In this document: positions 13,470 to 25,519 of the stretch, one piece after another
Numbering within the stretch: position 1 is the stretch's first letter
How the letters are laid out: each line of letters begins with the position of its first letter
Assembly: GCA_951406725.2 (NCBI GenBank)
Contig: OX597814.1
Location: 26,598,001-26,662,000 of the forward strand
DNA: 64,000 nt
Reading direction: 5' to 3'
Source of the DNA: Octopus vulgaris
Taxonomy: Eukaryota
The notes under the pieces: model-generated
What the model saw: the letters and a program-made list of their open reading frames with translations, nothing else
Told to the model about the DNA's origin: nothing
The model's database searches: none
Program-made: the position numbers and the translations under genes

Positions 13470-14230
13470 TTTGTCATCTCCTCCATCAGGGTCAGTGTCT
13501 TCAAGTCAGCCTTAACCACTCCACTCCATGTCTTCCAGGGTCTCTCTCTCCCACAACTTCAAGCCACAGCAAGCACTTCTTTATACAGATGTCCACATCT
13601 ATATGCATCATATGTCCATAACAGTGCAGTCTTCTTTCTTTTATCCAACATCTGATTACTCTCACACCCAGTTTTTCACTCAGCACCTTTGTAATAATTC
13701 TTTCATGCACTCTCACATTGTCCATCCTATGGAGCATGTTTGTTTCATTTCTTTTCAGTTTTCTCTAGTCCTCTGCATTCTAGGCCCATGCCTCACTACC
13801 AAGCAACATTGCAGTTCTAACCCAAGCTTCATACAATTCACCCTTAGGAGAAAGATTATTTCTGTTAGCAGTGGTAGTAGCTCCCAGAACTTTCTTCAAC
13901 CAATTCTCATTCTAGCTACTATATTTTCAGAGCAACCTAATCCCTTGCTAATTACATTTCCTAGGTAATAATGGCTATGAACAGATTTTAGTGAGTCATC
14001 TGGGCATTTAAGAAACTTAATCTCTGTTGCGCATAAACACACTGTTCCAATGCATGTATTGTATATGAAGCTTACATTTACGGTCAGTATACCAGTCACT
14101 CCAGTACATTCATAGGTCACATTGAGTAGAGCATATAGAGTTTATATTTACCCTTTTTCTACATATCAAGCAAGGCCATTTCTCTGAAGGTACTAAGAGT
14201 TCTGACTTCTTTCCTACTTATGTGAACCAT
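13470..14230 (-). mobile_element. RTE-clade LINE remnant (RT C-terminal region)
   Basis: ORF 13896-14120 (YYLGNVISKGLGCSENIVARMRIG) and ORF 13501-13737 (LSEKLGVRVIRCWIKERRLHCYGHMMH...KKC) match the RTE YLG...AR / RRLRW.GHV.R pattern. Confidence 0.88.
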
Positions 14231-14244
14231 TGCCTTTGCTAAGT

Positions 14245-14535
14245 TTGGCTGTGTGATTAAGAAGTTTGCTTCACAACCATGTGGTTTTGGGCCCAGTCCC
14301 ACTTTAAAGCAATTTCAATATAGCCCCAAGCTGACCAATGCCCTGTTGGTGTGCAGAAGCTCATCATGTGTGTGGAGTGCACAATCGTGTTTCCCTATCA
14401 CCACTTAAGAAGTGGTGTAAATTCCTTTATATGCCCGTAACTCAGCTACTTGGTGTACAAGCTTAAAAAGTAGTCAGGTTAATTTGACTGAATAAAAACC
14501 CTTCAAGATGGTACCCCAGCATCTGGCTGGAAAAG
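14245..14535 (+). mobile_element. tRNA-derived SINE, family D, degenerate
   Basis: TGGCTGTGTG.TTAAGAAGTTTGCTTC.CAACCATGTGGTT...CAGTCCCAC head shared with 53470-53635 and 44155-44305. Confidence 0.7.
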
Positions 14536-14908
14536 AAATAGGCAAGAGAGAAAAGATATGTAAATATGTATGTATACAATTATTTAAAGTTTTATGATTG
14601 TTATGGCTGGTCAGAGAGTGATCATTGGTTTCCCACCTATAAAGCACTTAGCTGTATAGGTGACTTGTCGGATTCAAATGGCTGAAGGCACATGACATCT
14701 CTTTGTTATATGCCACTCTCTAACCAACCATAATAACCAACCTTAAATAGTTATATCAGTTCTGTAATGTTTTATAGTGTGTTTCTTATTTCAATATATG
14801 AACTACTGCTGATATATATATATATATATATATATCAGCAGTAGTACATATAAATGTCTGTGTATATGTATTTATGTATGTATGCTTATCTGTCTTATCT
14901 ATCTATCT

Positions 14909-14952
<44 letters not shown>

Positions 14953-15719
14953 ATATATATATATATATATGGGTGCACCATCAAGGCAACAGCCTTAGGG
15001 CTGAAATGTGTAAAAGAATGTGTGTGTGTGTGTGTGTAAATATATGTATAGTCTGGCAATAACAAGAGCTAAAAATAACTGACAAACTCCCAAATATTTT
15101 TGATTCAACAGTTAATATTTTAAGAACTCAGTAATCTTTTGAATATGGATAATCTAACCAAACAATATTTGTTTATTTTCTTATACACAGTATAAGATGC
15201 ATTTTGGATATAAATACATATTTATTTATATCATTTATATAACATTCCATGCTAAGATGAAATTTTTGTGAAATCCTAAAGATTTATCCTTTTGTTAAGC
15301 TGGTTTAAACAAACTAAAGAACCTAAAAAAAGAGAAGAGTTATTAATAAGAGGTGATCAAGAAGGGCAAGATATGTTGTTTCTGTTAAAAACAAGCTTTT
15401 CTTTTTAAAAATATTCTTGATAAATTGTAGGAGAAAGGTTAAGGAGCTTTTCAAAGATCATCTGATTTGAAAAAAAGTTATGTTCCTTGAATTTTACAGT
15501 TACCCTTCCAAAAATATATGCATAAAACTGGTATTAATAAATTCATTGTTCTAACATCCCCCTCTCACATACAAACATGCATACATACATGTATGATATT
15601 TATTTATTCTTCTCTTTCTCTTTTTAATTTAGAATAAATTTTGACTGGCCACCTACTGGGTAGCAAGGTCATGAACAAAAGCATTTCGTTTTGTTCATCA
15701 TCCTTTAAATCTTTAGATG

Positions 15720-16325
15720 GTCTTGTAGATTTTTGTAGCCACAGATATCCTGATCATCTGTAATCTATGAATTAAAGATTTGTGTTCTCTCCCCAAGAGC
15801 CCAAGTTCAGCAATATTTGCTTCAGATAGTTTGATGTGTTTCCTGTTGCTTCAATAACACTAAGTATGAAGCTGAGAGTGTATCTTGAATTCTAGATATG
15901 CAAACTCCCCATTAATGGTCCATAGATGTCCCCTTTCTCTTATATTTTCCTAACCACATTGGTGTCCAGAGGGCAGCTGATTTCCGCAACAGAACATATC
16001 TTTCCCTTGTAGTCCTTCACACCAATATCTAGTCAGTTGTGTTTTAATTTTTAAGTTCCAACAATATTCTTTCGACCCATCGGTCCCAATAAAACCAGCT
16101 TATCCATAAGTGTTTCCTTTTTGTTATCCTGTTCCAGATAGTTCTGGCCACCACATCATGCCTCATGGGAAGATAATATCTGGAAGACATTCTCTCACAA
16201 TTGAAAATAATGTGAGAGAATAATGATGTCCTCAGTATTATTCTGGTGCAGCATACATTTGTCTGTCAACATTTGCTGCCACTTATGCTATAGATATTCA
16301 GTGGATCTCTTGTTCTTGAATTGTT
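15720..16325 (-). mobile_element. Non-LTR retrotransposon remnant with zinc knuckle and restriction-like endonuclease (R4/Dong-type)
   Basis: Minus-strand translation: QEQEI..EYL...DKC...ED..HIIFNCERMSSRYYLPMRHDVVA, then KHN*LDIGVKDYKGKICSVAEISCPLDTNVVRKI*EKGDIYGPL (decayed PD..D/E endonuclease motif). Confidence 0.85.
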
Positions 16326-17054
16326 TGTTTGTTTGTATGTATGTATGTATGTATGCATGCATGCACGCATACAATATAGTATTAGAAATTCAGAATCAGT
16401 TTTTTTGACAAGCAAAGTTACTAGATGTTTTAATGTAAAGTCAGATGTCCTTGAGCAGAAAGCATTACCAAACAATTATTAAGCTTGATAGTTTGGCAGG
16501 TTATACTGCTCCAGTCAGTCAGTTATAGCTGACGATTGTTTTGGTCATGCGGTCCACTTAGAGAAGTCTAACTTTACATGAAACTGTCCAGTAACTTGAG
16601 ATTAAATATGGTTCATAATTTTTATCTGTTCTGTTGTAAATTGTGCTCCTTTTCCTGACTTACAACCACACCTCGGACAATTATATATAATACGTGTGTC
16701 TGTGTGTGTGTAATCATATGCATGTATGTTCATATATATCAGTCAATATATCAATACAAAAGCTTGAGGAATATTTACAAATGCAAATATGAACTGTAAA
16801 AGCAGAAATCTTATATATTTTGTAAAGGATATTCCTTAATTCTTCTTTTCTGAAGACAGAGTAGTTGGCTTATATGGAAATCTTTGCTCAGCAGCCTATG
16901 CACCATATGCTCAGTTATTCTAGAAACAGCTCAAAGAGACTTTATATATTACTTCTTAATCCATTATTTATTCTAACAACACTGCAGTTATATTTGAATT
17001 ATAAATTACATGCTCTAAAGTGATGCCACATTTTTGCTTGTTTATTCTTTCTTT

Positions 17055-17057
<3 letters not shown>

Positions 17058-17110
<53 letters not shown>
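17058..17110. repeat. (TA)n microsatellite
   Basis: Perfect TA run. Confidence 0.97.
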
Positions 17111-17116
<6 letters not shown>

Positions 17117-17384
17117 TTCCAGCTAACACCAATTATATATGTATGTCTGAAACACTATACAGAGAATAAATGATCAATTTTATAATGTTATACCACAATG
17201 AAGATCACTGAAACATTTCTAATGACTCATGGTTAAATTTACTACCTTTATGATACTATCATTTTTTTGTTTTTAAATTCTTAGTCCCACTCAATTGAAT
17301 TACTATAATTTGTCAACTAAATTTAACTGCAATTAAATTGACTGAATTGTAAGGTGCATGATTTTTCCAACATCTCAGCCCCAT

Positions 17385-17580
17385 TATCATCATCATCATG
17401 CTCATCTTTTAACAGGTCTTCCATGCTGGTATGGGACTGGATAGTTTGATAGGATGCAAGTCGGTGGACTGCATTGTACTCCAATGTTTGCTTTGACAGT
17501 TTAGAATTGAATACGTCCTTGTGTCAATCATTTCATAGATTGTACTGGGTGCTTTTTCCATTGTACTAGCACTAGTGGCA
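17385..17580 (-). mobile_element. Degenerate family B repeat
   Basis: (CAT)n + TTTAAC...TTCCATGCTGGTATGGG..TGGA.AGTTTGA as in the other copies. Confidence 0.7.
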
Positions 17581-19276
17581 ATAATGTTATGAGTGGCTTG
17601 AGTGTTCTCATTGATAAATTATAAAAATAATATATAGATATATACATATATTTATTTCTATTTAGTTTATATATACATGTGTATGTGTTTTCTGAATTCT
17701 CTTTAAAAAATAAGAGGAAGAAATTAGTGTGAAATTCATCTAAATTTGGTCAAATATTTAGTGCAACATTATCAGTGACCAGGCCACAGCTTGCAGCAAC
17801 AAAAATTTTGACACCGTATTACAAACAGTAACTGTTTTAAGTTAACAGTCTTTGTGTATTTTTGAATGGCTAATGTGTGTCTTCCATGTTGTAATCATTT
17901 TGTTTCAACACAGTCTCAAATCAAAACATTTGCCATGCAAGTACATCTCTGTAATTTAAAATCTTATTTTAATTATATATGCTTAAAATATTGATAAAAT
18001 TTAGATTGATACAACAAAAAAATTAACCAGCTAATTTGTGCCTCTTTTCTATGGCATCAAGTAATACTCTATAGCACTTTAGAGGATTAGGGTAGAACTG
18101 AAGGCAAGATCATCATGATACTGGTCTAATACAACCACCAAGTTTTAGGGTGCCTTTAACAGAGTCCACTCTCCTGCAAGCATTTGAATCATATCTCTCA
18201 GCTGAGAAAAATATGATGCATTGATACACTATTACCATCTGCAACAACCTGTTTGTTCCTTCCACTAGTCTCAGATATTATGGCTGTTGTTTTCCCTCTT
18301 TTGGCAAAGCCACATGAGTTAAATATGAACAGATTTAGGGTCAAGTTGGTAAGCTGATAAATCACTTATCAGTTATTGGTGCCCCATAACTATACTTTCC
18401 CTGAAGCATTTATTTACAGCACTAACTAAATTAAAAATTAAGTACTGTAAACAGATGCAGCACAACAACAGCAATGGAGTACCAGCCACTAACCTTTTAG
18501 CAGGTAAACCAGTTGTGACTCCTACTACTGAATATATCTATGGTTAATTATCAGCACTCAAGTCTTACTTTGATACTTTAAACATTTGTTTCCTTAAATA
18601 TTCTTAGTGTCTATGGTTCAGAAGGATTTTATTTTTTATTGTTAGATTAGTGGATGAAGAACTACAAACTAAAAATAAAGTAAACACAATTTCTAAATGA
18701 AATGCTGTTATAAAAAGATGACAGAAATCTATAAAAAAAATTGTCCTATAAACTTTCAATGGAAAAAAAAAAAACTGTTTTCAGTAGAATAATATTTAGT
18801 ATAGAATAATATTTAGTATATTATTTCATGAATTCATAAAGCTCATAAAAAGAAGAGAAATAAAAAAAATGACTTCCTATATTGGGTAGAGATGAAAACA
18901 TATATTTGAAACGTTTTATGAATCATAGACCTCATTTCATCAAATAAATATTTATGTGAATCTCCTTCTACTCTGTTTCTCTTCCATTTGTCTTTTATCA
19001 AGCTAAGGTAAGATAAAATACAATGCAATGAATTTGACTTGCAATTTTTACTTTTGATTTCTTTTTCTCTAAAATTTTCTCCACAAAATGACTTACTATT
19101 TGCTACCTTACCAAAAGTGTAAGAGTAACTGCAATGAAATTGTATGGCATTCTTTATGGATATCATGAAAAGTCAAATAAAATTACTTCTCAGTAAAAGA
19201 AAGGCAATAGACTAAAAAAAGTAATCAGTGAATTTACTATTTCATCTCAAAAGTCAACCTTAGCTAAGTTACTTAC

Positions 19277-19316
19277 CTTAGCTACAATATTTTTATAGAG
19301 ATCGTCAGAACTCTGA
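19277..19316 (-). other. Candidate short internal exon (40 nt, or 36 nt from the next AG) encoding (Q)SSDDLYKNIVAK
   Basis: Minus strand: ttttgcttttactgtactcaatag|TCAGAGTTCTGACGATCTCTATAAAAATATTGTAGCTAAG|gtaagt. Consensus donor, open frame, non-repetitive context. Protein not recognised. Confidence 0.4.
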
Positions 19317-21493
19317 CTATTGAGTACAGTAAAAGCAAAATAACAAACAATTTTATTTAAATTATTACAATTATTTTATTTCATTTTATTTTAAGTTAAA
19401 GAGAAACAAACAAACAAAATAAAGTTTAGATTTGTATCAGGCATTGACAAATGAAATAACAGCAAAGTACTTTGTTTAGAGACATTTCCTGATACCAAAA
19501 AAAGTTTATTATCATTAAATATTGATTATGAAACCCTACAACTTATATTAACAGCAATAATAACAGCAAGAGTTTATTTATGTTAGTTGTATTTGAAAAC
19601 TGAACCTTTACTTTTGCATGACATTATTCCGTAATCATCAAACAAAACTACACATTTAGGTCAATATATATTTTAGACTAATAAAGTAAATTAATGAAAA
19701 TTTACTTAGCACTTCTTCATAAAAACTAATTACTGAATTACACACTTACTTAACATCAAAATTATTTTGTAATTACACAAAGCATTACAAAATCAATTAC
19801 AGTTCATTTATATCTGCTCTCAATGAACCTATTTGCTGCCACCATCACATTTTCATAATTGTTTTGGTAATTTCATTTTTGCTATGTTTTGATATCAGAT
19901 GCATGACTTCACTTACAGAGTCAATCTATAGATTCTATAATGAAAAGGGAGTGGTGCATAATTTTAACTAAACAGTCTGTGATAAGTAGTGTTATATGAT
20001 TTTTCTAAGGACAAGTATTGTGATTGCGTTTGAGTCAGACCATTGGGTCAATAAATTCTTTCACTTTACCATTCAGTTGCTGCACCCTTTTGAATTCTTC
20101 TTCCTCGAAACCCATATTAGCCAACCAGAGCAAATTTTATAGGTTTTGAGCTATGTCAATAAACCTGTATATTGCTACAAGTAGCAAAGCAAATATTAAT
20201 AAGACCACATGAAAATCGGTTAGTTTACACTGTGATCTTGCTTTCAAGTTCCATCATCAGAATATGTGACCATCTACTTTATACCGTTTATGATATCATC
20301 ATCATCATCACTGTCATTATTTTAGGTTTAATACCTCTGTTTTCATATAGCTGCTAGCTGGTAAGGCTGACAACTGCATATTGCTATCTATCTTTCAGCA
20401 TTTTATCTACAAGGACTAATGTCTTTTGATGAGATCAATCTCTTTTTATTCATTATTTTTATTTTTCATTTATTTATTATCTTTTTACCTGGCATTTGAC
20501 CCTGGCTACTATCAACTTCCAACTCATATAGGTTTTGTTTTCTTTTTTCATTCAGAATGCGTCATCCAGTCTCATCTTTCATTCATACCACTGCAGTCAT
20601 TTGTCTCTCTTTCAGGCAATTTTCTTTGAACAGAAACATTTTTCTATTTTTTCCTCCTTAACTTCACATCGTTTGATCAGAGAAGTAGAATTAAATCTGA
20701 CAGTAGATGAAGATTATTTTCATTCCGATTTCATTTGTTTTTTGGTTATTTTTTACTTTTTTTCTCATAGAAGACAATTCATTGCAATTATACAGCATAA
20801 TTTGAAAAGCCTGGCAGCACTAAACTATCTCCCAGCTTCTGTTTAATTTGACATTTTCACAAAAAAAAGAAATAAAATAAAAATAAAATCTTTAGTAAGT
20901 GAAGATGACAAAAGCTATCTAAATTTGTGCTAAGATCATAAGACATGAAACTTCTAATTTTGTCTGTAATCATAAGCAACTGTGCCAAATATATAGTTTG
21001 TAAATATGTTTCAGTACTAAAACCTACATGCATGCTTCTTTAAAGGTTATCCTAAAATGATAAACATAAAGGATGCTCAGTGTGTGTGTATGTGCATGAA
21101 AGCATATATGTTTGTGTGTTTGTGTACATGAAGGCACATATGAGTGTTTGTTTGTATAAACAATTAGTGGAGATCTACAAATACAGATAGTTTTGAAAAT
21201 TGACAGATGTATGTTTTTAATCTCAAAGAGTAATAGTGTATAAAGATAGAACACTTTAGTGCATTCGTTTGCCTTATTCAGGAAATTCTTATCTGTTATG
21301 TGAGAGGGAAGATGTAACATTCACACTTTGCCAATAGCAGTGGTAAATCAAATGGACGTATATTACTTACTGAACTTATATGTATGTGTCTTTAGAGAGA
21401 TAGATTGATAGACAGACAGATAGACAGATAATTCTTGGTTTTTAATAAGCTGTCATCAAGCTTTGCTTAACCTCAATATTTTGCTCATCTTAG

Positions 21494-21496
21494 TTG
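21494..21496 (+). other. Candidate 3-nt microexon (TTG)
   Basis: gcttaac (branch-like)...ttttgctcatcttag|TTG|gtaagt. Confidence 0.22.
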
Positions 21497-21864
21497 GTAA
21501 GTTTATTTGCATATCCATGTTTTTAACTAAAGTTAGAAATTTTGTATAAAGAATATTTCTGTCATGCCAATGTATATTCCATCATCATCATCATCATCAT
21601 CATCCATCATCGTCACCGTCATCATCGTCATCATTTTACCATTCACTTTTCCATGTATGTTTAAAATGTTTCCTAGAAAGGTGATATACACTTTAAATAT
21701 CTTTTAAGCATATGAATATAATTGTTTGCAAAATGAATAATTTTAAAACAATCATTTACATGAAAAATAATAAATAAGTTAGTTTGAACATATTTGATGT
21801 ATGGAATACAAAAAAAATAAAATAAAACTAGAAATAAATATGTAGTGAGTAAAAACTAAGTCTG

Positions 21865-21896
21865 TAACTAAATTTATTTTTATTTTCTAGGTAAGT
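21865..21896 (+). other. Candidate recursive splice site (acceptor AG abutting GTAAGT)
   Basis: taactaaatttatttttattttctag|gtaagt; AG ends at 21890. Confidence 0.35.
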
Positions 21897-22387
21897 ACAG
21901 AAGACTACTAACTGTAGGCAGTATGCAGAGTGTTTTAGCTTTTCGCTGCTTTGGAATATAGAGAATTAAACATTATTTATAGAATAAAATAAAATTATGG
22001 TTTAGTTGATTAGAGATAAAAGGAAAAATTAAGAAAATTCTAGTTTAACATACCTTTATTTTCACCATTTAATGCTTTAGAAATATTGACATATAAAGAG
22101 GTAACAGACTACATAAAAATATATGTGATTTTGTGTATGTGTGTTTGTATGTATGTGAAGATGTGTGCATATTTGTATTTATGTTTGTCTCTCACAACAT
22201 GACAACTAGTGTTTATTTACATATTTCATAAAATAGTGGGGAACAACAGAAGCACCAGATTATAAAACAATAAATATCAGGATCCATTTGAGTGACTAAG
22301 TATTTCAAAGAGGATCCTAGTTTAGACACACTCATATAACTAAAACAGGTAAAAGAGTTAAAAAAAAAGAAAGATATTCATATATAT

Positions 22388-22604
22388 AAAGACCGGTCAT
22401 GAATGACCATGGGATTGCACCCAGAAAGTTACCCTCAGGCAAGGTTGTTTATGGAAGACCAGTAGTCACCATGCATACTGGCCTCCCCTCTCCACACCAC
22501 CCATGTTATCTGAAAGAAAGGCAAAGGCTGATGCAGCTTGACACCAGTGACACTGCAACTCATTTCTACAGCTGAGTGAACTGGAACACAACGCACAGCC
22601 CAGT
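22388..22604 (-). mobile_element. SINE family C, internally deleted copy
   Basis: Reverse complement matches 56235-56505 (GGTCATTCATGACC, GGAGAGGGGAGGC, CACTCAGCTGTAGAAATGAG) with deletions. Confidence 0.88.
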
Positions 22605-22605
22605 A

Positions 22606-22635
<30 letters not shown>

Positions 22636-22639
<4 letters not shown>

Positions 22640-22985
22640 CAATAAGAAAATGGAGGGGATCAAGAGGTGGTATTCATCAACTTTTAGACATTATATTATG
22701 TCTATTTATTATTTTTTTAACCATTATAACAACATACATACAAGTATAACATATTATGCTTTAATTATATTATATATAAAATATACAAATACCAGTAATT
22801 ATTAAAATATATAACGTAGAGCATAGGAAGTAGAATAGTATTTTAAAGCTGTTTCAGCCAAGATGTCATAGTACCCCACTTTACTTCGATCCCTTCAGTG
22901 AACTGAAGTATTTGGTAGATAAGATTAAGGTACTTGGGTGTGCCTCCAGGCTTCGTCAGAGGGTTTAGAAAGTTCATAAGTAATA
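22636..22985 (-). mobile_element. Small non-coding repeat with a hammerhead-like core (Penelope-pLTR/retrozyme-like)
   Basis: Minus strand: CTGACGA-AGCC...GGCT-GAAA-CAGCT-TTA between 22959 and about 22844; follows a (TA)n run. Confidence 0.45.
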
Positions 22986-25519
22986 GTGTGGTTATATACT
23001 TTTATATGTCATATTACTGGTTGTGGCATAAAACTGGTCAGAATATTACCTTCAGTTTTATACTCACTATTGCACTTGACAATATTAATAATTCTTATAT
23101 GCATGTGCATTTACGTCAACAAACAAGCAAAAAATACCCAATACAGAAGGAGAGTATGTATAGTGCTTAGACTACTCCTTGGTACTACTATGAGTTTCAC
23201 TGTTCATATAACTGGTGTCATGTGTTACACTTCAAAAATGAATTATGTAAAATTTATTATACTTATGAAACTCTGACTTGTTACAGGTTGGATAGGATTT
23301 TTAAAGCAGTGTTTTACAGTCAGATGTCCTTCTTGATGTGAACTCTGTCAGTCATCTCTTAGAATCTGAATTAATGTGGTGTACCAATGCTATAATGTGA
23401 GATTCACATGGTTATTATATAAATTACGCAATATATCTTTTAAACTTACAAATAATGTTTCATTTTAATGTTTATTGACTTTTTGTCATTTTTGTATTTG
23501 TTTATGATTGAAAAGCTTAAGAAAATAGAAAATAGATTGTGATTTCCTGAACACTTTTATTTTTTGACAACTTAATTTTCACAAAATAAGATGCAAAAAA
23601 AAAATACTCTTTTCATAAACAAACAATTTCGCTTTCCTGCATCATGACACACCATATGTGTTCCTCTTCAACAAAATATTGAAAGTGTCAATTACTATAA
23701 AAAAAGGCAAAAAATTTTGTTTTAAACTTTAAATGAATTTGCTAAAGACATAGTTCTTCATTATTTTACAGTATTATCTGCATTTTTTTTTTTGGCCCTG
23801 CATTTCTGATATAATCCATATTGTTTTCAGTATGTTCTCTTTTATTTATTTACAAGTCTGTGTATTGTTGCTGTTTTACTCTTTTTTTTTTTCTGTTCTT
23901 TCATATGTATGCCAGAAGTGAACCAGTTAATACCCCCCAATGACAAGGATGCACTGTAACCTTGTTTATATTTCATAGTTCCGTTTTACAAATATCTCTT
24001 ACCCGGCTTTCTCTGCTATGCTTTGTAAACTCATTCTTGGCCACATCTCATCAAAACTTGATGAAATAATCCCCTTCCCACCTCTTGATTTGTACATCTG
24101 CCAGTTACTCATCGATCCCCGTTCTTAGTTTCTGTTATTCTTTCATTCATTGGTCTATGTGGGAAATATCATTTTCAAATATCATCTCCAAACAGTTTAT
24201 TAAGGCTGCCAGCTTCTTTCACTCACACACACCCTCACACCCAATAAACTACCACTGTAACACTGGTGTGTAACAGGATGTGACACTATTCTGAAAGCAG
24301 ATTGTCAGAGAAGTAGGGTGGGGGTAGCTTCTTTCCTTTCTATCAATGTTTGTTATATTTATTAGTTTTGATGACTTTTTTCTTTTATTTTAGTCTTTAT
24401 TATTCACCAACTCAATTAAGTCAAATATTTTACTCCAGAATTAACTTCGCTCTTCTTTAGTTCCCTTCTTGTTCTTTTATTTAATGTTTTATTTTTTAAC
24501 TCTTGACAGATGTCTTCCTTTATCCTCTGGAGAGGAAAATAAATTAAACATTTCCTTTTACTTGTCAGTTTATTATATCTCCTCATTGCATACCATCCAA
24601 TATATTGCAGTTACAGTAATAGCCTAAATATTTTTGTTTTACTATGTAACTGGTATGTGAGAGTAGTTTGAAAGTAGCCTGTTATATTACAGTGGTCTGG
24701 ATTTTTAATAATTACTGTAAGGAACATGGATTGTCATATGGTTCCACACATTCAAATGAATATCATCAACACACAGGTCATTTCCAGTAGAGCAAAACAC
24801 AAACAAAAACAAAGGCACTAAACAGAAAAAAGTAGCATACTACCAGTAGAAATGTGTAACACACATTTTTAACTAGATACATCAAAGAGACAAGCCATTC
24901 AATCAGACCACATCTTTTTCCCAATGATAGCCTCTGTGTGACCAGAGAAGCAACTGCCTGCAAAAACAGTTGTCCTCAACCCATGCTAACCATGACAATT
25001 ATGAAAACAGCTCCTCATAAGTCCTTGAACTTGAACTGTGAGTTCACCAGCTGCTCCACCCTTTCCACAAACACACATCTCAATGATGTTCCAGAAGCTG
25101 TAAATCCAGAGGGTTTAAAGTGGAAGAGCTGAAACACATCCTGTTCAAGGGTCACACAATCAGCCAGTTCTCTCAGCTCTTACTGAATGTAAACTGCTAT
25201 TTCCTTATATTATGTTGGATATGTATCTGATTATCCAGCTGCTAGTGGCCACATCGAACTGCTTGGCAATTGCCTTCATCCACCCACTGAGTTTTTATTT
25301 GAAGAAATCTTGAACTTGCTGGGTGACTTTGGCTGAGGATATATGTATGTGTGTGTGTATAATGTATATATATTATTCAACAAGAATAATATTAACTATG
25401 ACTTCTAAGTTTCAGCCATCTAATTCCTCACTGGATTGTAATTTATTTAAGCTAATCTAGGCTTTATATAGTCTCTGTTAAACAAAAACAATAATTTTTT
25501 TTTTTTAATTAGCAGAGAC

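Noticed and set aside
18784-18820. 2 x 17-bp tandem duplication (similar one at 30062-30097)
   Set aside because: Ordinary slippage duplications with no associated structure.
24880-25330. GC-balanced stretch possibly from a LINE endonuclease N-terminus
   Set aside because: Motifs are too degraded to assign by eye; needs a BLASTx or Dfam search.
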